From: a virus | IMG/VR virus record: IMGVR_UViG_3300043436_002834 | Span: 1-64,000 of that record | DNA length: 64,000 bases | Direction: 5' to 3' (one strand) | Translations under genes and position numbers: made by a program | The notes under the pieces: model-generated | The model's database searches: none | What the model was told of the DNA's origin: nothing | The model's input: only the letters and a program-made list of their open reading frames with translations | In this document: positions 57,141 through 64,000 of the stretch, piece by piece | How positions within the stretch are numbered: position 1 is the first letter of the stretch | How the letters are laid out: each line of letters begins with the position of its first letter

Positions 57141-60100
57141 ATGGAGAATCCGCAAGCACAAATGCCACAAGGGCAACCAGGTCCAGCTCAACAAGGAGGG
57201 GATGATCAAATGCAGCAAATTATGCAATATGTACAGCAATCTGTACAGCAAGGTGCACAACCTGTTGATGTTGCAATACAATTAATTCAACAAGGAGCAC
57301 AGCCTGAAATGATCATGCAAGTGTTTGTTCAAATGGGTATGCCGGAAGATCAAGCGCGTGAGGCTATAGAAACTGCAATGGAAGGTGGGCAACCTATGCC
57401 TGCTACAGGAGAAGGTGATCAATTAGAAGATGCTAGTAATCCGGATGCAGAAATGGCTGAAGAAGGTGATATGCCTGTAGATCAACCAGGTGATTTGGCT
57501 CAACAAATGGCATTTGGAGGTTCTCCCAGACGCGCACTTAAAAAGTATGCAAATGGTGCTGCAGTAGATCCTAATCAAGAATTGCAATCAGTAATGCAGC
57601 AGGTTCAAGAAATGATGGATGGTGGTGCTGATGCTAGACAAGTAATGCAACAAATTCAAGCGGCTGCACAACAAGGACAAATCAGCCCTGAAGTTGCTAC
57701 ATCTGTAATGGAGCAATTACAAGGAATGCAACAAGCAGAAAACCCACAAGGTTCTGATGCGGCAATGATGGCTCAATCACAAGATCCTCAACAAATGGAT
57801 CCTAACATGGCTGTACCAGATTCTCCAATGATGAAGTTTGGTGGGAATCTTAAAAAGCTTATGTCTAAAGCTTATGGAGGTAACATGACTCCACCAAGCA
57901 TTGACTCTAAAACATATGCTCAAGATAGAGCTGCTATGTTTGTAGGAGCTGTAAAGAACAATGCATTTAAATCAACTTTAGATGATGAGTTTCCTAGTCT
58001 TGTTGGAAATAAAATGGCTTACGGTGGAGATATTCCTAAAGCTGTAGATGGCTTTGATGTAACTAAATATAAAACAGCGGATGAAGCTGAATTAGCAGCT
58101 TACCGTTATAGAAATACATTAGCTCCGGAAGAACAAGCTAAGTTTGATGTAGGAGCTACATTAAAGAATTGGAAACAACCAGAGCCTACTTATGAAGCAG
58201 GTAAAAATTATCAATATGATCCTGCTACTAAAAGTTGGAAAGCAGCAGAAACACCCGCTGCTAATACAGTTCAAGCTAACAGCCAATTAAATCCTGTAGG
58301 TTATCCTAATCCTAATATGGGATTGTATGGTAATTTGTATGCAGGTGCATCACCGTTTGCAAGATTACTTGCTAATAGCGGTAATTACAATTTAGATCCA
58401 AGAATTACTGGAGCTAATCTACCTGGAGGAATGAGCGCTCAACAGTTTTTAGGAGCTGCTGGCCCTAATGGTTTAGTACCGGGTATGTCAGGAACAATTG
58501 GTGATCAAACTTGGAGAATCGGTGAAGCAGAAAAATTCAAAGAAGGCAGTATTTGGAAAGGCAACCGTAGAAAAGGTGTGCGCTATCAAATTGATTGGGG
58601 TTCACAAGCGGCAATGAATCCTAATGCACCACAACCTGCAATGGGACCGCAAAATCAACCAGTAGTTGGTCCACAAAATCAACCAGCGCCTGCACCTGCC
58701 GCAGCACCTACTGCTCCAGTTGTACCTTCTGTTCCAACAGCACCTGTTTCTCCTGCAGCAGCAACTCCTGCAGTTTCTTCAACAACTTCGGTTCCTGCTG
58801 CGGCACCTCCAACTAATCCATATTTTCCTGGAGAAAATCCGGCAGATGATGCAGGCTGGGGTTTACCAAGCAATGTACAACCTAATAACTATTTTGCTGG
58901 AGAAAATCCATCTGATGATTCTGGGTGGGGTTTACCAAAAGATCCTAATGCACCGGTTACACAAAGTGTTAATCCATCTATGGTTAATTCAAATCCTGCT
59001 CCTGATAACCCAATGAATGTTAATTCTCAGTTTGCTCAAAATTATATTAATTCGGCATATGGGGATATACGTTCTGATTTAACAGGAACAGATCAACAGG
59101 CTTTAGACCAATTAATTACTAATGGTGCAAATCAGAATCAAATTGATGAAAGTGTAACAGCCATTTTAAATAACCGTAACTTAAATCTTTCTCAAGCCAA
59201 TCAAAATGCTATGCAGCCGCCTGTTGAAGAATTTCCATCTTTAGCAACAGCTCCAACTGCAGTTAATACAGCAGATCAAACATTAGTTAATCCTGCAACT
59301 ACAGATGTAATTAATCCATCTAGTGAAGTAAATCCTGTAGATCAAAATGTTCAGCCTCAAGCTGTTTTGCCACAAGCTACTCAGTTAGCTGCTGCACCAG
59401 CATCTCCTAGGATTACTGTACCTCCAGTTAAACCAAAACCGGTAAGTCAAAATCCCCCAGTTACTCCGCCTACTACTCCTAAAAAAGGAAATAATCCTTG
59501 GGATCAAGATAAATCAAGCAACTGGTATGTTCCTAAAAATGATGACGCTGGTTTTGCTGAATTTAAAAAAACTAATCCTAAAATTCCAAATCCTAATGCT
59601 CCTCGTTGGGGTAAAGGTGGAACTGAGGAACAATTAAAAGCGGCACATTTACAAGCTATTAAAAATGCTCAAACCCGAATGGCCACATTTAATAGTCAAC
59701 AACAAAAGCAACAACAAGCTAATCGTAACTCAAATGCTAATTTAAATAGCTATGGTTATGGTGGAGGAGTTGATCCAGCTGCTTTAGAAAATGCAGTTGC
59801 ATTAATTAATCGTGCATTTGGGGGTATGATTCCAAGAGCTGACAATGGATTAAATCTTGGTACCCAGGATACAGACACCAATAATATTCCAGATTATTTG
59901 CAGTTTAATACTTGGCAAGAGGCTAATCCTGACAAAGGATCTATAGAAGCATCTAATGCCCAAAAATTAAATATTGACTGGAATGCTGCAGGTGACATGT
60001 ATATGAGTGGTGCGGGTAGACTTACTAACTTTATGAATAAAGCTAGAGCAAATGATCCAAATAGGACTAATGCTAAGTATTCTGCATTGAACACTGCTTC

Positions 60101-60326
60101 TAATACTTATGATCAAATGAAGCAAGGTCTTTATGATCAAGCTGGTAATTTTATTCCTAATGATATTGGAAACCAAGTTTTAAATCCTACTAATACTTAC
60201 TATAGTAATCAAAGACCTATTTTTGCATACGGTGGTAAAGTGTATGAAATTGGTGGCGATGTTGAGTTGGATGACAATGAAATGCAAGAACTTGCTGCCG
60301 CAGGATTTAAATTTTCAAGAATTTAA
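57141..60326 (+). CDS. Low-complexity (Q/M/P/N-rich) ejected cargo protein
   Basis: Position after muzzle; disordered composition; repeated x(Y/F)GG motifs. Confidence 0.65.
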   Translation: MENPQAQMPQGQPGPAQQGGDDQMQQIMQYVQQSVQQGAQPVDVAIQLIQQGAQPEMIMQVFVQMGMPEDQAREAIETAMEGGQPMPATGEGDQLEDASNPDAEMAEEGDMPVDQPGDLAQQMAFGGSPRRALKKYANGAAVDPNQELQSVMQQVQEMMDGGADARQVMQQIQAAAQQGQISPEVATSVMEQLQGMQQAENPQGSDAAMMAQSQDPQQMDPNMAVPDSPMMKFGGNLKKLMSKAYGGNMTPPSIDSKTYAQDRAAMFVGAVKNNAFKSTLDDEFPSLVGNKMAYGGDIPKAVDGFDVTKYKTADEAELAAYRYRNTLAPEEQAKFDVGATLKNWKQPEPTYEAGKNYQYDPATKSWKAAETPAANTVQANSQLNPVGYPNPNMGLYGNLYAGASPFARLLANSGNYNLDPRITGANLPGGMSAQQFLGAAGPNGLVPGMSGTIGDQTWRIGEAEKFKEGSIWKGNRRKGVRYQIDWGSQAAMNPNAPQPAMGPQNQPVVGPQNQPAPAPAAAPTAPVVPSVPTAPVSPAAATPAVSSTTSVPAAAPPTNPYFPGENPADDAGWGLPSNVQPNNYFAGENPSDDSGWGLPKDPNAPVTQSVNPSMVNSNPAPDNPMNVNSQFAQNYINSAYGDIRSDLTGTDQQALDQLITNGANQNQIDESVTAILNNRNLNLSQANQNAMQPPVEEFPSLATAPTAVNTADQTLVNPATTDVINPSSEVNPVDQNVQPQAVLPQATQLAAAPASPRITVPPVKPKPVSQNPPVTPPTTPKKGNNPWDQDKSSNWYVPKNDDAGFAEFKKTNPKIPNPNAPRWGKGGTEEQLKAAHLQAIKNAQTRMATFNSQQQKQQQANRNSNANLNSYGYGGGVDPAALENAVALINRAFGGMIPRADNGLNLGTQDTDTNNIPDYLQFNTWQEANPDKGSIEASNAQKLNIDWNAAGDMYMSGAGRLTNFMNKARANDPNRTNAKYSALNTASNTYDQMKQGLYDQAGNFIPNDIGNQVLNPTNTYYSNQRPIFAYGGKVYEIGGDVELDDNEMQELAAAGFKFSRI

Positions 60327-60328
60327 TT

Positions 60329-62656
60329 ATGGCTAGATATACAATAACAGGATTCCCGGAGCAAGCCGTTCCTAAAGTTACTACATCTAAAACACTAGGT
60401 GCAGTAAATAGAAAGGTAGCTAATGTAGAAGCTGAGAAGGGAGAGACCGTAGTAACAAACATGAGTAGAGGATTGAACAACATCTTTGAAATGTATGGTA
60501 TTGGGGGGAAGAAACACAGTCAAGGGGGAACACCTTTGGCATTGCCAACTGATGAAGGAAAGGATACTGACGGCACATCTTTTATCTTTAGTGATAACAA
60601 AAGGATGATAGTAAAAGACCCTGCAATTTTGGAATACTTTGGGGTTGACCCAAAGAAGCCAAAAACATTTGCGGGTATTTCTAAATCATGGTTGGATGCT
60701 ATTAATAAGTCTAAGGAAATTATAATTAGCGACACTGCAGATAAAGTTGCCAAAAAATCTGCTGAGATGAGTATGGACAATGCTGCATTTAAGATTGCAG
60801 CTTTGAAGTTATTGCAAGAATCTAGAAAAGGATTTAAAGAAGGAATTCCTAACGGGTTATCTCCATTCTTTGACAAACTCAAGATTGATCCAAATGAGAT
60901 GTTTGCAATGAATCAACAAGAAGCCGACAACACTAACCAAGCTGTAGCTATGGCTATGGGTGGTGCAGCAAGAGAATTTGCATCTATGCAAGGGGATTAT
61001 CCTTTCCCTTCTCTCTCTATGGGTGGAGAGTTACCTAGGTATGATAAAGCAGGAGCTGTAACACCAGAAAATAATGCTGCAAAAACACCTCCTGCTGAAG
61101 GTACAACACCACCGGCAGAAGGTCCACAGCTTACTTGGGGTACAGCAGATCCAAAATCTAAAAAGCAGTATGATTATATTATTAATGTACTATCTAAGAA
61201 TGATAAATTCAAAGAAGCATTATATAAAGAATATCAGAACGCGGCTAATCAAAAAGAAAACTGGGGTAGAGGTTACAATGCTCAATTTGATAAAGATCCT
61301 AAGAATAAAGAAAAGGTAGTTAGAAAATCACCTGAAGAAGTATTCCAAGATTATCTTGAATTCCAAAAAAGAAACTTAATGTTTAAGTCTCATGGATTAA
61401 ATGTAGCAGGTACTGCACAAAATCCAGAAAGAGATAAAAACGGTAATCTAACTGTATCTAATAAAGATATTAAAGCTTGGGGTGAACAATATGGAGTTCC
61501 GCTTCCTAATATGGATAAAGCAACACAAGAACAGCTTTCGTTTATTGCATTTGAGAACTTGTCTAAAAACAGAGATGTTTATGATCAAGAATTAAAAGAT
61601 GTAATGAAACCATTTGGTACTAACCCTGTTGGTATGGCTGATGAAGTAGTTGCTGGATCAGGAGGTAAAAAAGGAGTTATTTCTAAAGCCGATGGTGCAT
61701 ATACAAATACTACAGCAGGAGAGATATCTTATTTTACAGAACCAGAGCCAACTGAACCATGTCCACCATGTCCTGATGGAACAGTAAGAGAAAGATTAGC
61801 AAGTGGTGTATGTCCGCCTTGTGAGCCTCCTCAAGAAGTTCCTGGTCAGCAAAAACCGCCAGCATACAAAGGTTTGGCTCAAACAACACCTCTTGTTAAT
61901 CCTTATGGCTTTAGAAGAGAAGATATTGCTGCTTTAAACAGAGCAACTCAAGCTAGATTTGAGATTCCTGAATTACATCCTTGGGCTAAGTCTGCAGAAG
62001 CTGTTATGCCGGATCGCGCATACTATTCTCCAGAAAGAACAATTGCAGCTAAGAATGAGCAATTAAATCAAATGATGCAAGGAGTAAGTGCATTTGGTTC
62101 AGCTCAAGGCGCTGGTGCCACTGCTATGGCTTTAAGTGGTCAAGCTTATGGTGATGTAGCAAATGCTATTAGTGATTATGCTGATAAAAATGTTGGAGTC
62201 TTTAATGCTGGAGAAAACTACAATACTCAAATTGCTAATGCAGTAAATGAAAAGAATGCGCAGTTAGCTACAAACATGTATGACAAAGAAAATATCTTAA
62301 AGCAAAGTTTAGCTAATTCAATTAGTGCTGCTAAAGATAAGATTGTACAATTGTCTAACCAAGCATTTACTAATGCATCAAACATTTATAATTTAAATAC
62401 CACTAATGAGAACTTCAAGAAGGATCCATTTACCGGACTTATTTATAAAATGAATGACAAGGCAATTACACCAAATACAGCAACAACTAAAGATTTTGGT
62501 GAAGAGTTTAATGAGTTTGCTAAATCAGTTCCTACAGTTAATCCTGATTTACAAATGAAAGCATTCTTGGCATATAAATCTGGTAAGTATCAAATTGAAC
62601 CGGATGATAATGTGACTAAAGCAGGTGAGCTGGACAACACCAATGTTCGGTCTTAA
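60329..62656 (+). CDS. Cargo/ejection protein
   Basis: VEAEKGE...G..HSQGG...IFSD motif. Confidence 0.7.
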   Translation: MARYTITGFPEQAVPKVTTSKTLGAVNRKVANVEAEKGETVVTNMSRGLNNIFEMYGIGGKKHSQGGTPLALPTDEGKDTDGTSFIFSDNKRMIVKDPAILEYFGVDPKKPKTFAGISKSWLDAINKSKEIIISDTADKVAKKSAEMSMDNAAFKIAALKLLQESRKGFKEGIPNGLSPFFDKLKIDPNEMFAMNQQEADNTNQAVAMAMGGAAREFASMQGDYPFPSLSMGGELPRYDKAGAVTPENNAAKTPPAEGTTPPAEGPQLTWGTADPKSKKQYDYIINVLSKNDKFKEALYKEYQNAANQKENWGRGYNAQFDKDPKNKEKVVRKSPEEVFQDYLEFQKRNLMFKSHGLNVAGTAQNPERDKNGNLTVSNKDIKAWGEQYGVPLPNMDKATQEQLSFIAFENLSKNRDVYDQELKDVMKPFGTNPVGMADEVVAGSGGKKGVISKADGAYTNTTAGEISYFTEPEPTEPCPPCPDGTVRERLASGVCPPCEPPQEVPGQQKPPAYKGLAQTTPLVNPYGFRREDIAALNRATQARFEIPELHPWAKSAEAVMPDRAYYSPERTIAAKNEQLNQMMQGVSAFGSAQGAGATAMALSGQAYGDVANAISDYADKNVGVFNAGENYNTQIANAVNEKNAQLATNMYDKENILKQSLANSISAAKDKIVQLSNQAFTNASNIYNLNTTNENFKKDPFTGLIYKMNDKAITPNTATTKDFGEEFNEFAKSVPTVNPDLQMKAFLAYKSGKYQIEPDDNVTKAGELDNTNVRS

Positions 62657-62703
62657 CTAATTTTTGTTTATCATATATTTAATACATTTACAAATAAAAA
62701 AGA

Positions 62704-64000
62704 ATGGCAACTTATATACAAGGTCAAGCGGATTATATCTCACAGATTCAGCCTACTGAACCTAATTTAGCATTTGATGCGCAAATCCTTCAGACTAAGC
62801 AAGCCAAATATGATGCTAATCACAAAAAAGTAAGTGATCTATATGGCTCATTGCTTAATGCATCTATGACTCGTTCAGATAATATTCAAGCTAGAGATGA
62901 ATTCTTTAAGATTATCAATGATGATATTAAAAGAATGGGGGGTTTGGATTTTTCTTTAGATCAAAATGTACAAGCCGCAGCTAGTGTATTTCAATCTATT
63001 TATACAAACAATAACATTGTTAAGGATATGGTATGGACCAAAAACTTTAACAATGAAGTAAATAGAATGGAAGCCTTTAAAAATTGTACTGATGAAGAAA
63101 AATGCGGAGGTACATATTGGGAAGAAGGTGAAAGATACATGCAGTATAAAAGACAAGAGTTTAAAAATGCTACATCTAATGAAGCACTTGGTATGGGAGA
63201 TGTTAAATATGTTCCCTACAAAAGTGTTATGAAACAAGCTATAAAGCTTGCTAAAGATGCTGGATTAAATGTAACTCTTGATAAAATTTCTGGAGATTAT
63301 AAAGTAACTACTAAAAATGGCGAGTTAATTAAATCACCATTGACTACTTTGTTTTCTGAAACTATTGGTAAAGATCCGGCTTATGCGGAAATGTTTAGAG
63401 CAAAAGCTTATGTTCAAAGAAATGACTGGGCTCAGTCAAAAGTAAACATGGGTGAATATGGAGATTTAAAATCAGCTCAATTGGGTTATTTACAAAATGT
63501 AGATAAGCAAAACAAAGCAAAGATTGATCAGGCTGCTGCGGATTTAAGTATTGATGTAGGTCACTTAGATCAAAAAGTAAAAGACATGGAGCTTGCTTAT
63601 CAACGTGGTGAGTTTCAACAAGGTAGCGATAAGTTTAATGAGTATGCTCAACTAGTACAATTGCAACAAAGTGCTAAACAGGCTCAATCATTTACATCTC
63701 AGGTTCAAGCCATTTCTGAAATGAAAAATAATAAAGCTGCTATTGAAACTATGTCTGACAACATAGACAATCAGAATGCTTATACATTTTTTAATGAGGA
63801 ACTTTCTAAAGCTGTAAACACACTTGCCTATAAAGATGCAGAGCAAACTTTAGAAGCAGATAAGTTTGCAGAAATGAAGTACGCAAACAAATATAAAATG
63901 TCTGAGATGGCTTTGCAACATCAATATGACATGGCAGAAGAACAGCAGTCATTTCAAAATAAACTGGATCTAGAGGCTTATAAGAAAAAGATTGGTCACA
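62704..64000 (+). CDS. Cargo/ejection protein, partial (not in ORF track)
   Basis: MATYIQGQADYISQIQP... appears open to window end. Confidence 0.7.
   Translation, partial: MATYIQGQADYISQIQPTEPNLAFDAQILQTKQAKYDANHKKVSDLYGSLLNASMTRSDNIQARDEFFKIINDDIKRMGGLDFSLDQNVQAAASVFQSIYTNNNIVKDMVWTKNFNNEVNRMEAFKNCTDEEKCGGTYWEEGERYMQYKRQEFKNATSNEALGMGDVKYVPYKSVMKQAIKLAKDAGLNVTLDKISGDYKVTTKNGELIKSPLTTLFSETIGKDPAYAEMFRAKAYVQRNDWAQSKVNMGEYGDLKSAQLGYLQNVDKQNKAKIDQAAADLSIDVGHLDQKVKDMELAYQRGEFQQGSDKFNEYAQLVQLQQSAKQAQSFTSQVQAISEMKNNKAAIETMSDNIDNQNAYTFFNEELSKAVNTLAYKDAEQTLEADKFAEMKYANKYKMSEMALQHQYDMAEEQQSFQNKLDLEAYKKKIGH

Noticed and set aside
10377-63237. Numerous minus-strand and out-of-frame short ORFs within plus-strand genes
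   Set aside because: Antisense or frame shadows of real genes, without leaders or recognisable motifs
1-64000. Stop-codon reassignment as in some crAss-like phages
   Set aside because: Long genes are intact under the standard code, TGA and TAG are used as stops, and the tRNA-like gene has no credible suppressor anticodon

Overview
The window is a 64-kb, AT-rich slice of a crAss-like (Crassvirales-type) podophage genome; the TAnnTTTG promoters suggest a Bacteroidota host. Positions 1-9.2 kb are a minus-strand early region with many small and membrane ORFs, thyX, a structured-RNA cassette containing a tRNA-like gene, iteron-like repeats and a repeated hairpin promoter module. A GC-rich divergent junction (about 9.2-9.6 kb) is the likely genome terminus. 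The plus strand then carries accessory genes (RepL-like, GIY-YIG, DUF1599, GroES-like), tail-fibre/adhesin cassettes, a lysis cluster and the crAss core (IHF-like, PD-(D/E)XK nuclease, TerL, portal, scaffold-like, MCP). These are followed by a cluster of tiny basic proteins, a ferritin-like gene, a cysteine-rich/collagen fibre cluster, tail ring/tubular/stabilization proteins and ejected cargo proteins. The main non-coding observations are a candidate 3'-UTR sRNA antisense to the 5' ends of 3-4 late genes, a TTTG-N20-TATATTAT late promoter, and tRNA-like RNAs with aberrant geometry. All functional calls come from motif recognition and synteny by eye; no database searches were run.
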